Shown: one piece after another, positions 51,623 through 64,000 of the stretch
Layout of the letters: every line of letters begins with the position of its first letter
How positions within the stretch are numbered: position 1 is the stretch's first letter
From: Felis catus
Lineage: Eukaryota
Length of the DNA stretch: 64,000 nt
Assembly (NCBI RefSeq): GCF_018350175.1
Contig: NC_058373.1
Location: 110,610,001-110,674,000, forward strand
Reading direction: 5' to 3'
The notes under the pieces: model-generated
Told to the model about the DNA's origin: nothing
What the model saw: only the letters and a program-made list of their open reading frames with translations
The model's database searches: none
Translations under genes and position numbers: made by a program

Positions 51623-51929
51623 GGTGTGTTGGTGGGGGAAGACCTTCTATGTAATTGTCTGTGCTTTGGAAAGTTTAGAAAGGATTCAGGCCACTCTTAG
51701 CAGCGGCTGCCACTTGGAAGTAGGATAGTAGCAAGGGAGGAGAGGACTTTTTACTTTACACATTTGTGTAAATTTTTTAAAGAATGGGAAAATATTATTT
51801 GTATAATAAAAACTTATTAAAAATGAAAAGTAATTAATAAACAAAACTATAGTTTAGTGTGTGACCTCCCAAAAAGTTTTGGTTACAAAAGTCCGATTTC
51901 TTACATCTTCAGTAGTATAGTAGACAGAA

Positions 51930-52417
51930 TTTTTAAGTTTTTTTGTTTGTTTTGAGAGAGAAAGAGTGTACTGTGCAACTAGGGGAGGGACAGAGAGAAA
52001 GAGGGAGAGAGAGAATCCTAAGCAGGCTCCTTGCTGATCAGATTGGGATCTGATCTCAGGAACCATGAGACCATGACCTGAGCTGAAATCAAGAGTTGGA
52101 CCCAGGTGCCTCAGTAGATAGAATTTTATTTTATTTTATTTTATTTTATTTTATTTTATTTTATTTTATTTTATTTTATTTTATTTTATTTATTTATTAA
52201 AATTCTTTTTTAAAAATATTTATTTATTTTTGAGACAGAGAGAGACAGAGCATGAATGGGGGAGGGTCAGAGAGAGAGGGAGACACAGAATCCAAAGCAG
52301 CCTCCAGGCTCCGAGCTGTCAGCACAGAGCCCAACGCGGGGCTCAAACTCATGGACCATGAGATCGTGACCTGAGCCGAAGTCAGATGCTCAACCGACTG
52401 AGCCACCCAGGCGTCCC
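51930..52417 (-). mobile_element. Two Can-SINEs at a shared target, with an expanded (TTTTA)n tail
   Basis: agtaga(c/t)agaatttt occurs three times (near 51919, 52093 and 52418). Confidence 0.87.
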
Positions 52418-52548
52418 AGTAGATAGAATTTTAAATGGTAAATTAGTTGTGTAATAGGCATGATAACATGTACTTCTATTTATTCTTATGTCATGTGCCC
52501 ATGTATTTTTATGAGAAGTTTTATATTTGAAATATGTCAACATTCATT

Positions 52549-52670
<122 letters not shown>

Positions 52671-52684
52671 AACTCTCCCCATAG

Positions 52685-52783
52685 GAATAAGAATCTTGAC
52701 AATTTCCTCATGGCATTATTGTACTATTTATCTCATTACTTGGAAAAAATAGCCCTGGAAAAGAAACCCAAAAGCTGCATGGT
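52685..52783 (+). CDS. PPP1R36: PPP1R36 coding exon ([32 protein letters not shown])
   Basis: Acceptor ctctccccatag|, donor GT|GTAAGT, 99 nt, phase 2 to 2. Confidence 0.92.
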
Positions 52784-52854
52784 GTAAGTAGGACTTTGCA
52801 GTGCGCTGTAAAGTTTTATCATTGCCAGTAATAAAACTGACTTTTTTCTTTCAA

Positions 52855-53260
52855 GCTTTTATTTAAATTCAAGTTAGTTAACATACAGTGTAGTATTGGT
52901 TTCAGGAGAATTTAGTGATTCATTACTTACATATAACACCCAGTGCTCATCACAGGTGCCCTCCTTAATGCCTATTATCCGTTTGGCCCATCCCCTTACC
53001 CACCTCCCTTCCAGCAACCCTCGGTTTGTTCTCGTTAGTTAAGAGTCTCTTATGGTTTGCCTCCCTCTCTGTTTTTCTCTAATTTTATTTTTCCTTTCCT
53101 CCCCCGTATGTTCATCTGTTTTGTTTCTTAAATTCCACATAAGAGTGAAATCTTACGGTATTTGTCTTTCTCTGTCTTATTTCGATTAGCATAATACACT
53201 CTGGCTCCATCTACATCATTGCAAAAGGCAAGATTTCATTCTTTTTGATGGCTGAGTAAT
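52855..53260 (-). mobile_element. LINE-1 3'UTR fragment
   Basis: Carnivore L1 3' end (caagttagttaacatacagtgtag ... agatttcattctttttgatggctgagtaat), 70 bp downstream of a PPP1R36 exon. Confidence 0.85.
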
Positions 53261-53392
53261 AGAGATGATGGAAATTTTTTAATTTTTGGAGTATGCTAAA
53301 ATATTTACATGGGAGGAGTTCATTAGTTTTTAAAGCTCACTGAATAATTCAAATAGTTATTCTAACAACAAAATATTCCAGATAGTATAGAC

Positions 53393-53841
53393 CAGCACTG
53401 CCCAGTAGAAATATAAAGAGAGCCACATATGTAATTTAAAATTTTTTCAGTAGCTAGATTTAAGAAACATAAAAGATAAAGGCGGGGGTGCCTGGCTGGT
53501 TCAGTCAGTAGAGCATACAACTCTTGATCTCAGTGTCATGAGTTTGAATCCCATGTTGGACTTAGAGAGTACTTACAAATAAAAAAATCTTAAAAAAGAT
53601 AAAGGTGAAATTAAGGTTAATAATGTATTTTATTTAATGCAGTGACTCAAAAATATCATTGAGACACGTAGTCAATGTTATTGTATGTTATTGTAATGTA
53701 TGTTATTGATGACATACTTTGCTTTTTTTTTTTTTTGTAGTAAATCTTTGAAATCTGACACTTATTTCCTCAGTTCAGATTAACCACAGTTAGTGCTTAG
53801 TAGCCACACGTGGCTCATGGCTACCATGTTGGACAGTGCAG
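53393..53841. mobile_element. MER33-like hAT-Charlie DNA transposon interrupted by a short Can-SINE (about 53484-53597)
   Basis: Ends cagcactgcccagtagaaatat ... gtagccacacgtggctcatggctaccatgttggacagtgcag form imperfect TIRs. Confidence 0.7.
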
Positions 53842-54778
53842 ATACAGATATTTGGTTTTATGCTTTTTATGCTTAAAACCTGCTTTATGCTTAAAAGCCC
53901 TGCTAGGGCTTTTGTAAGCATCTAATGAAAAAAACTAAGAATTAAGAAAATTAATAGATATGACCAAAATTATATTCCATATTACAGAAGAAAACAAGAT
54001 TTCTTAGGCTACGTAGGAAGAATGTCACTGCTTTAGGCAGAGGTGGCTCAGAGCTGTATGGGGCAAGAATCTGGGAACTCAGAGTCCGGAGCAGAACAAT
54101 GTCTCTCAGGCTTGGTGACCTTTTGCAAACCGTGGAACTTTCCAAGTGCCCAGGCTGCCCTCCCCAGTATGTGTGGAATCAACCCAATGATTTAGCTGTT
54201 AGAAATGCTGTTAGAGTCATCAATTTGTTGCTGTGGAATGTTTTTAAAATGCAAAATCCTTGTGTACAACCAAGCAGTTTGAAAACCATTTTATGGATAG
54301 ATAAATATATCTGAACAGCAGTTTTGTAAAAAACCAAATAAATAATTCAGACACTGCTGGTCCAGTAAAGCCATCAAAATATACCACATCCGTGTTATTT
54401 CAAGGCTGCTCTCACTGCAGAGTGGCCAGAGCTCACGAAGGGTTTCTGTGGTGGCAAGCAAAAGGGCTCAGCTAGCTGTAGGCTCAGAAGGTTTGAGGGG
54501 TCTTATCGTCCCCCCAAAAGAACTTATTAGACTGTGGCAGCACATTCACTTATATTTTATATGGTGTTTTCTAATTCTGAGAGTTATTGTTGCTCTGGCA
54601 GAGACCTTTGTTTCATTTCTTCATTTTAGAAATAGATTAACAGAGAAATAAGGTCTCTTGGGTTTTTTTTAAAATACACTAAAACATATTAGAGTACAGT
54701 GGTGTAAGGTAGACTTTTTTAGAAGGAATCGGTTACAGAATGACAGAAAAATCCAAGTCTTAAAATGATTGGTTCCAT

Positions 54779-54983
54779 GGGGCGCCTGGGTGGCTCAGTC
54801 AGTTAAGTGTCTGACTTCACCTCAGGTCATGATCTCACAGATCTTGAGTTTGAGCCTCGCATCAGGCTCTGTGCTGACAGCTCAGTCTGGAACCTGCTTT
54901 GGATTCTGTGTCTTCTTCTCTCTCTGCCTTTCCCCTGCTCTCTCTCTCTCCCTCAAAAATAAATAAACATTAAAAAAAAAAAA
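54779..54983 (+). mobile_element. Can-SINE
   Basis: ggggcgcctgggtggctcagtc head and A tail. Confidence 0.88.
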
Positions 54984-55604
54984 GATTGCTACTATGGTGT
55001 GATTCTGAAATAATTAGAATAACTTTTCACTTTCAGGCCTCCAGTAATTAGTTTACTTACTATAGTAGAAATATGGATTGTATTGAAATATCTGGACTTA
55101 AATGACTTTAAGAGAAAAATTGATTTTGGTCAAACTAGTGAAGTATAACAGGGACAATGGTAGTATCCACTTTGCAGAGTTATCATCCAGATTACGTGAG
55201 ATATTATCATCCAGATTACATGAGATAATGCATATTATTTTAAACCAGAGGCTGCCACGTGGGAGGAAAGCCTTCAGCCTGTGAGGGGAGAGCTGAAAGG
55301 GCTACAAAGACATCCTTTGGAGGGTTTAGACGACTCAAAGTCCCGATTCCAGAGGAAGGAGACTTTTCCCCATTTTACAGATGAAGAAGCCAAGGCTCAG
55401 AGAGGTTAAGCGGCTGGCTGGAGACGACATGCCTCGTTGGTAGTGGAGCTGAGATGGGAGCCCAGATCTAACTCCCAGGCCTGTGCCTAAGCCACTGTGC
55501 GGTGTGTCCACACCCCCTACCAGTCAGCTAAGCTCTCTTATGCAGAGTTTATCTGTTTACACTTAGGATTTGTGACTTCTGAGCAAAGACAAAATTATGT
55601 TATT

Positions 55605-55662
55605 TTTGTTTTTCATTTTTTTAAAGTTTATTTATTTGAGAGAGAGCAAGCAGGGGGGAAGG

Positions 55663-55698
<36 letters not shown>

Positions 55699-56402
55699 CC
55701 CAAGTAGGCTCTGCGCTGTTAGCAGGGCTCAAACTCACGAACTGCAAGATCATGACCTGAGCCGAAATCAAGAGTCGGACAATTAACTGACAGAAGCACC
55801 CAGGCGCCCCCGAATTACATAGTTTTTAGAACATTGTAAGTATTTTTCAAGTTATTACAATCTTCATAATTACAATTTTTAATGGTGGCATAACTTTCCA
55901 TCAAGCTAATGTGTGTTATTGACTGATTGACTTACGAGGCAGTATAGCACATATACTGGTTAAAGGTATGGACTTTGGTGCTGGCATAAATCCTAGGGGA
56001 CTCATATGTTAAGTTAATAAATGTCAAGTCCTTAAGTGGCACCTGGCTGTATTACTACAGTCTGCATTATTACTACTTTTTCCCTTCCATTTTATAGATT
56101 TTTGGGAGTTGCCAGTTTTCCTAATAGACAAATAGATAATAATTGAATGATTATTGAATATCTTCATGCATTAGATTTCCCTCTTAATTTTGGATAATTT
56201 TTAAAGCTTATTTATTTATTTTGAGAGAGAAAGAGCATGCATGTGGGAAGGGCAGAGAGAGGGAGAGAGAGAGAATTCCAAGCAGCCTCTGCACTGTCAG
56301 CACAGAGCCTGATGCAGGGTCCGAACTCACAAACCATGAGGTCATGACCTGAGCCAAGATCAAGATTCGGATACTCAACTGACTGAGCCACCCAGGCACC
56401 CC
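55605..56402 (-). mobile_element. Two Can-SINEs (about 55605-55810 and 56200-56402)
   Basis: AG tracts and reverse heads. The second has TSD tggataattttt. Confidence 0.85.
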
Positions 56403-56499
56403 TGGATAATTTTTCTAAGAAGGATAAATTTCCCAGAGAGATCATTGGACCCAAGGTTATGATCAGTTGTATGGTGTATGAAATTATTATCAATTTTTT

Positions 56500-56652
56500 C
56501 CCGAAGGATTGCACCTGGGCGTGTTTTAAATGCCAGGCTCTACGCAGACCTGCTAAGTCAGGATCTTGGAGAGGGCGTGGCATTAGGAATCCGCACTTTC
56601 AGCGAGTATCCCAGGCAATTCTTACATATATTTCAGCTTTGGAACCATTGGC
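56500..56652. mobile_element. MER5A-like DNA transposon fragment
   Basis: ...aggaatccgcactttc...tcccaggcaattctt...tttggaaccattgg resembles a MER5A end. Confidence 0.5.
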
Positions 56653-57818
56653 CTAAAAGTTTTCAAGGCATTTTTTTTTTTGTTGTTTTGTTTTCAACAG
56701 CAAAAGAGGCATGTTAGCTACTGGCAGCTCTGGAAAAGTCGGGGGGTAAAGGGTTGGGCTGGGAGGCTGCTGAAGGAAGCAGGGAGGTGGGCATAGTCAT
56801 GGCCATTGAGGTGCAAGTGGGTGTGGGTGTAGGTGTTTGGATTATTTGAAATTGGGGCATTTCAAGTTGGAACTCACTTTATTCCAGAAACTCATTTTAT
56901 TCCAGTGACTCAAGCCTTCTCATCACATGTGATAACGTGTTGTGCTTTGAAATATCTCTATTATCCTTAAACCCCTTCCTCCACAGCATATCCTCATGTG
57001 GTCAATCAGGCTCGTAGTTAACATCAGAAGGGGCAATAATTCGTCCCTGTTGTTTAGGGTGCATTTCATTGGGTTTAAATCTTTCCGAAAATGAAAAGGC
57101 AGATAAAAAGCCAGTGACACTGCACTTTTCAATAGCAATCATTGGAATGTGTTGTGAGTAATGTTGTTTCGTACTATACTGTACTGCACAAACTTCTAAA
57201 ATTAGGCTCCAGACATGCTGTAACAGGTTGTCTTTTGGAATGTTCATTTGCAATTCAATTGGAACTGGGGCAGTGTTTTCACAGGGAAGCGAGGCTGTTA
57301 TAATTGATGCCAAAGCTCCCAGATTAGTGGTCCACACATGCTTCCTCAGCAAACGCAGAACTCAGAGTCGGGAAGCGTTGAGTGGTTCAAACACTGAGCC
57401 TTCACACTTCCTTGTAACATCAGGAACCCAGGGGAAGCTGCCCGGGGAGAGTCTCCAGTAGCTCTTTCAGCAAAACAGCAGGAAAATGTGCTGCCAGCTG
57501 CTTCAGAAACCAGTATAGGTAATTTGTTAGTTGGGCTGCTGGGCTATTTGGTGTAAATTAGGACTGCCTGTATGTAACATTAGAAATACATAGCATAAAG
57601 AATCTATAAAAAAGTGAAAATTCACCATGAACCTGAGATGCTAATTACAATGATAACTATCAAAGCCCTCCCTCTGCCATAGCTCAAATCAGCTAAATGA
57701 AAAGGTAAGTGACATGTGTTGACTCACTTGTTATTTCTTTCAAAACAGTTCACACTTCTGACTGCTGATTACTGTTGGCATTTGCCAACATTAATCCAAA
57801 TGATTGTTTTCTTTTTAG

Positions 57819-57953
57819 GGGCCTTGCGGAGAAGAAGGAGATGGAATTGGTTATAAGGAAGTTAGAAGCAGCGCAGAATTACCTGGCACAGAAGTACTGC
57901 GTCCTTGTCCTGGGCTTGGCAATGCCTGATAAGCATCACATGTGCTGCGGGAA
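57819..57953 (+). CDS. PPP1R36: PPP1R36 coding exon ([44 protein letters not shown]); gene continues beyond the window
   Basis: Acceptor ttttctttttag|, donor AA|GTAAGT, 135 nt, phase 2 to 2. No further exon was recognised before 64000. Confidence 0.92.
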
Positions 57954-58429
57954 GTAAGTGCACACTTACGATTTCATGAGATCTCCACGTGTGTGCATAT
58001 CCATATCCTTAAGACCCTTACATTTGACTTCTGGAGCCCTTGCAAAAGTTTCCTTCCTTGTTGTACAGAATAATTGGGCTCAGGTGAGACTCTGCCCCAA
58101 ACACACGTGATGTCTCGTTTGAGAAAGCCAAGTGAGTATGCAAAGAACCTCAGAATCGACACTGCTTAGGTTTAAAAGACTTTTCTCTCAGCATATACTG
58201 GCTCAGTAGAATCTTGCTCTCAACCTGAAAGGCTTCCTGTGGCCGGCCAGGGTCCCCATGGTGATGAGCCAGTGTCACAGGGGGCCCTGGGTATGTCCCC
58301 TTCCACTGCTCATTTTGTAGCAATAGTAGTGGGTGCAAGCTAGTAAGGTGGGGGTTATAAGATGATGCTGTTTGTGGGGAGTTGATCTTTGCCTTAGAAG
58401 GACAGTTTATATATTACTGTAATTAAAAT

Positions 58430-58635
58430 TTATCTTTTAAAGTTTATATTGAGAGTGTGTGTGTGTGCGCATGTGCACATGCACAGGCAGGGGAGGGGCA
58501 GAGAGAGAATTCCAAGCAGGCTCCACACTGTCAGTGCGGAGCCTGGCTTAGGGCTCCATCTCATGAACCATGTGATAATGACCTGAGCAAATTCAGGAGT
58601 CAGAAGCTTAACTGACTGAGACACCCAAGCACCCC
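58430..58635 (-). mobile_element. Can-SINE
   Basis: TSD ctgtaattaaaattta. Confidence 0.87.
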
Positions 58636-59582
58636 TCTGTAATTAAAATTTAAAAGCGTCTTATCACAGGAGAGTTGGGAGGCATTGGAGGGAAAACTCT
58701 GATCCTTAAACACCGACCCCCTCCCCCCAAATCTCCTCCTCTGAGCAGTTTCACAACAGGCTCGAGGGCCATACCACGGCCGTGGCCCGAACTCTTATTT
58801 TTAACTTCATAGGCAAAGAACACAATTCATGGTTTCTCTCCGCATTCCCCACATTGTCAAGATACAGATATTTCTATATGCTTTGTTCATGTTATATATT
58901 TTCTGTGTCCCTTATTCTCTTATTCTGCTTACATAATTTCACCTACATAATTTGAATAGCCACTATAGTTACTCTACCGTGTAATAAATACACCAGTTTG
59001 TTTCACCGTTCCTTCTGTGCATGCTTATTATGTGGTTTCAGTTTTTCTGCTTTGTGATATTTCTGCATTGGATATCTTTACATAAACTACTTTGTCCATT
59101 TGGGCTATTTATTTATGGCTTATTGCCCAGAATGTATTTACCTAGAAGGCATGGACAGTTTCCTAGCTCTTGTTACATATTGCCAGATGTTCTCCAAAAA
59201 GGTTAAACCATTTTGTATCACCATCAGCAGCAAGCGTACCTAGCTCTATTAGTTTGATTTTTTTGATAGCTTGCAGTTGTATAAAAAGCTTACAGCTATT
59301 TGACTTTTGAATATCTTTCATGAGTTTGGAGTCTGTGCTCTTTTTCTGTATAAAATAACTTATTGCCTAATTATTATATTTATTATTAAAATTAATTATT
59401 GCCTCATCTAGTGTTAACCATTTATCAAGTAGAAACTGGGTGTTTGTATAATTTATGTTTCATGTAGCAAGGATTTCCTATTTGTTTTTCTAGTTTGTTG
59501 CTTTCCTTTTGATGTTTATGTGTTTTCACATTATGAAAATGTTAATAATTTTTGTTTATTTGAACATTTATACCTTGTTTCT

Positions 59583-59981
59583 TTTTTTAAATTTCTTTTT
59601 AAAAAATTAATTAATTTTTTTAATCTACATCCAAGTTTGTTAGCATATACTGCAACATTGATTTCAGGAGTAGATTCCTTAATGCCCTTTACCCATTTAG
59701 CCCATCCCCCCCCCCCCCACAACCCCTCCAGTAACCCTCTGTTTGTTCTCCATTTTTAAGAATCTCTTATATTTTGTCCCCCTCCCTGTTTTTATATTAT
59801 TTTTGCTTCCCTTCCCTTGTGTTCATCTGTTCTGTATCTTAAAGTCCTCATATGAGTGAGGTCATGTGATATTTGTCTTTCTCTGACTAGTTTTGCTTAG
59901 CATATAATACCCTCCAGTTCCATCCACATAGTTGCAAATGGCAAGATTTCATTCTTTTTGATTGCCGAGTAATACTCCATT

Positions 59982-60015
<34 letters not shown>

Positions 60016-61056
60016 GTACATTTGTGTGTGTGCGTGTATATATATATATATATATATATCACATCTTCTCTATCCATTCATAAACCAATGGACGTTTGGG
60101 CTCTTTCCATACTTTGACTACTGTTGATAGTGCTGCTGTAAACATTGGGGTGCATGTGCCCCTTTGAAACAGCACACCTGTATACCTTGGGTAAATACCT
60201 AGTAGTGCAATTGCTGGGTCGTAGGGTAGTTCTATTTTTAATTTTTTGAGGAACCTCCATACTGTTTTCCAGAGTGGCTGCACCAGCTTGCATTCCCACC
60301 AACAAGACAAAAGAGATCCTCTTTCTCTGCATCCTCCCCAACATCTGTTGTTGCCTGAGTTGTCAATGTTAGCCATTCTGACAGGTATGAGGTGGTATCT
60401 CGTTGTGGTTTTGATTTGTATTTCCCTGATGATCAGTGACGTTGAGCATTTTTTCATGTGTGGGTTAGCCATCTGGATGTCTTTGGAGAAGTGTCTATTC
60501 ATGTCTTTTTCCATTTCTTCACTGGATTATTTGTTTTTTGGGTGTTGAGTTTTATAAATTCTCTATAGATTTTGGATACTAACCCTTTATCTGATATATC
60601 ATTTGCAAATATCTTTTCCCTTTCTGTCGGTTGCCTTTTAGTTTTGCTGATTGTTCCCTTCTCTGTGCAGAAGCTTTTTATTTTGATGAGGTCCCAGTAG
60701 TTCATTTTTGCTTTTGTTTCCCTTGCCTCTGGAGACGTGTTGAGTAAGAAGTTGCTGTGGCCAAGGTCAGAGAGGTTTTTGCCTGCTTTCTCCTCTAGGA
60801 TTTTGATGGCTTCCTGTCTTACATTTAGATCTTTCATCCATTTTGAGTTTATGTTTGTGAATGGTGTAAGAAAGTGGTCCAGGTTCATTCTTCTGCATGT
60901 CGCTGTCCAGTTTTCCCAGCATCATTTGGGGAAGAGACTGTCTTTATTCCATTGGATATTCTTTCCTGCTTTGTCAAAGACTAGTTGGCCATACGTTTGT
61001 GGGTCCCTTTCTGGGTTCTCTATATTGTTCCATTGATCTGATTGTCTGTTTTTGTG
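59583..61056 (-). mobile_element. 5'-truncated LINE-1 (ORF2 C-terminal region and 3'UTR)
   Basis: ORF2 fragments 60059-60514 and 60499-60888 ([32 protein letters not shown]). Very similar to the 42145-44445 copy. Confidence 0.92.
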
Positions 61057-61057
61057 A

Positions 61058-61259
61058 TTTTTTTTTTTTAACAAATGTTTTAAATGTTTATTTTTGAGAG
61101 AGAGACAGAGACAGAGAGAGCAGGGAAGGGGCAGAGAGAGAGGGGGACAGAGGGTCTGAAGCGGGCTCTGTGCTGACAGCAGGGAGCCTGATTTGGGGTT
61201 TGAACACACAAACCTGAGCTGAAGTCAGACACGTGACCAACTGAGATACCCAGACGCCC
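61058..61259 (-). mobile_element. Can-SINE abutting the L1 5' end
   Basis: T tail, AG tract and degenerate head. Confidence 0.85.
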
Positions 61260-61413
61260 TTGTTTCTGATGCTATTCAAAAGTCATACAAGTTCATCATC
61301 AGCTTTCCAATTTCCTTTTCAATCACTTGTAAAATTTCTTTTTCTCATCATTACTCTAATTTCTTCTGTCTGCAAATTGTCACTTCAACTTGAGAAAACT
61401 AGAATTTGTGGTT

Positions 61414-61986
61414 TGTATTAGTCAGCTCGGGCTGCCATAACAAATTACCATAGACTGAATGCCTTAAACATCAGAAATTTTATTTTCTCATAGTTCTGAA
61501 GCTTGGAAGTCCGAGATCAGGAAGCCAGCCTTGTCGAGTTCTGGTGAGGGCCCCCTTCTTGGCTTGCAGACAGCTGCCTTCTCACTGGGCCCTTGTTGGT
61601 GGAAAGAGAAAGCCCTGGTCTCTCCTTCTTTCCTTTTTTAAATGTTTATTTACTTTTGAGAGAGAGAGCAGGGGAGGGGCAGAGAGAGGGAGATAGGATT
61701 GGAAAAACGGAAAGGGCCCTATGCTGATTGCAGAGAGCCCAGAGAGCCCCATGTAGGGCTTGATCTCACAAGGCCTGAGCTGAAGTCAGACGCTTAACCA
61801 ACTGAGTCACCAGGTGCCTCCTTTTTTTTTGACACTAATCCCATCGTGGGGATTCTACTCTCATGATGTCATCTGAACCTAATTACTAAGACCCTACCTC
61901 TAAATGCTATCACAATGGGGGTTGTTAAGGCTTCAACATATGAATTTGGGGGTGGGGCTGGGAGACATAAACCTTCAGTCCACAAC
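61414..61986. mobile_element. MLT1-type MaLR solo LTR interrupted by a Can-SINE (about 61633-61820, -)
   Basis: tgtattagtcagctcgggctgccataacaaattaccatagactg ... cttcagtccacaaca, with TG...CA ends. Confidence 0.75.
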
Positions 61987-62199
61987 AAAGTTAAAAAACA
62001 CCTACTCTAAAAAAATAATTGAATTGCCAATATTTAATGTTTACTCTTTAAAAGCACATGTGCATGCAGTAAGACTAATTTTGAGATTAAAAAAACCCAA
62101 ACTATAAATAATTATATCATAATTAGAGATTTTATCATATCTTTTAGTTCTGTGGATATAGAATCTACACTTAAGTTACTTTTTTTAAGATAAATTCTC

Positions 62200-62975
62200 T
62201 CTTTTTTTTAATGTTTAATTTTGAGAGAGAGAGAGAGAGCAGGGGAGGGGCAGAGAGAGATGGAGACACGGAATCTGAAGCAGGATCCAGGCTCTGAGCT
62301 GTCAGCACAGAGCCCAATGCGGGGCTCAAAATCACAAACTGCGAGGTCATGACCTGAGCCGAAGTCAGATGGTTGACTGAAACACCCAGGCATCCCAAGT
62401 TATTATACTTGGAATGGTACATTTTTATTACAATCTAATTTTTATACAAACTTTAGAAGAACTCATTATGTTTGAAAGATAGTGATTGCCTTAGTTTACT
62501 ACGAGTTAATCACCAGGAGGTGCTGGTCTTTTTGCAACATCACCTGCTTTTCTCCTGCCTGCCAGATAGCAGTTTGGAGAAGAATCTATTTAGAGCTTAC
62601 CACCCACCATTCACATAACAGATTCCATGCAGGTCAAAGAGGCAAACAAAGGATATTGAGGAAAACAGATTATAGCGTGTTTTTGCCAGTAAAAGTTGTT
62701 AATTGGCCATGGGTGTTGAGTATATCCTCCAGTGGAGTTTTTATTGTTCTTTGGCTATTTTTTTATTTTTTATTTTTTTAATGTGTATTTATTATTGAGA
62801 AACAGACAGAGCATGAGCAGGGGAGGGGCAGAGAGAGGAGGAGACAACAGAATCGGAAGCAGGCTCCAGGCTCTGAGCTCTTAGCACAGAGCCTGATGCA
62901 GGGCTTGAATTCACAAACCGGAGATCATGACCTGAGCCGAAGACGGGCTTAACTGACTGAGCCACCCAGGCACCC
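62200..62975 (-). mobile_element. Two Can-SINEs (about 62200-62396 and 62757-62975)
   Basis: Reverse heads and T tails. The second has TSD tttggct(a/g)ttttt. Confidence 0.87.
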
Positions 62976-64000
62976 CTTTGGCTGTTTTTATGTAGAAGAT
63001 GAGGACAGTTTTTGCCAGTTAAGAGTGATTACCTGATTTTAACATATCTTTATTTCACTTCCAATGTGAATAAGTTCATATTCTCATGAGAACATCCTCA
63101 TGTATTTTCTGACTTTTTTTTGTCTAATATATGCACACTTAATACTGGACTAGGACATCTTACACTATTTGTCTCTGGAGTTAAATTAAAGACTTCAGAG
63201 GAACCAGCAATTTGGGGGCTGTTAATTTTGTGCTTTCATGTTTCTTGAGAAGTAGGAGGACATGCCTTTCTATTCTAAATACATCTGTAAAATCCTGATA
63301 TCGAGTAGGCTTTGGCACGATTTTGATGAACATATTCAGTAAAAGATCTCTGTTTTCCAGGATAGATAAGAAAACCTCTATGTGGCTCCCACCATGGAAT
63401 TATACGTATTCTTTGGTTATGGCCAATTTGGGCTCCACCCCCATCTGTACCCTAGGATTTCCACCTCCCTCCTTTGCAGCTGGCACCTCGTGGCTGACCA
63501 GAGAGGCTCGTGTGCAGATGAGCATAAGGAGAAAGGCGTTCATTAAAGCTCAGTCTATAAATCATCCTTAAGCCCCATTCCCTATTCCCACCCCCCCCAG
63601 TCACATGCAGTAGGGCCTCTTTCCCCTCCCCCCAAATGCAGTCCTTTTATATTTCTCTTCCTTTGTGCAGACTAACCCTTGACCCTCCTTTAAACCCAGT
63701 TTCACCCAAAGCAGCACGGGGAATGGGAACATAACATGACATAAGTGGGAATCATAACTTTTCTTCTCTTGGGACCAGAACCCTTTAGGTTTGGCCCTAG
63801 GCTTTTTTTTGTTTTTTTCCAGGAATGACTAAAAATATGATCTATTTTCTTCATTTTGGCTTAGTGCTAAGAGTCTAATGTAGCAAGAAGGAATAAGAAA
63901 GCATGCTAATAGGCCACTGAAAATCTGTGGATTTATCGCCAAGCTGGCTTTCCCCTCTTTCCTTTGGAGCCTGCCCTCGCCGGTGAAATGTGCAGCATTT

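Noticed and set aside
63323..63571. Possible next PPP1R36 exon after ttttccag at 63360
   Set aside because: The translation does not resemble the expected continuation as I recall it, so the next exon is probably outside the window.

Overview
Mammalian (carnivore, almost certainly felid, judging from about 45 Can-SINE/SINEC_Fc-type insertions) genomic DNA covering the conserved ZBTB1-HSPA2-PPP1R36 block, all on the + strand. It contains: (i) the distal part of the ZBTB1 5' intron, the large ZBTB1 coding exon (713 aa) and an alternative 37-nt terminal coding exon about 7 kb downstream that gives a 644-aa isoform; (ii) the intronless HSPA2 CDS (639 aa) in a CpG island, with a two-tier promoter and a 5'UTR intron; (iii) seven phase-consistent coding exons of PPP1R36, which continues past the window end, plus a decayed exon-like remnant. 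The rest is SINE, LINE-1, L2/MIR, LTR and DNA-transposon sequence and microsatellites. I see no evidence for a new biological system such as a CRISPR array, novel operon or unknown protein family. The most interesting unannotated signals are a probable L1 3' transduction, a 109-bp duplication flanking a SINE, a dead or poison exon in PPP1R36 and an RFX X-box at the PPP1R36 start. Gene identities and comparisons with human rest on my recall of the orthologues, not on a database search. Repeat boundaries are approximate.
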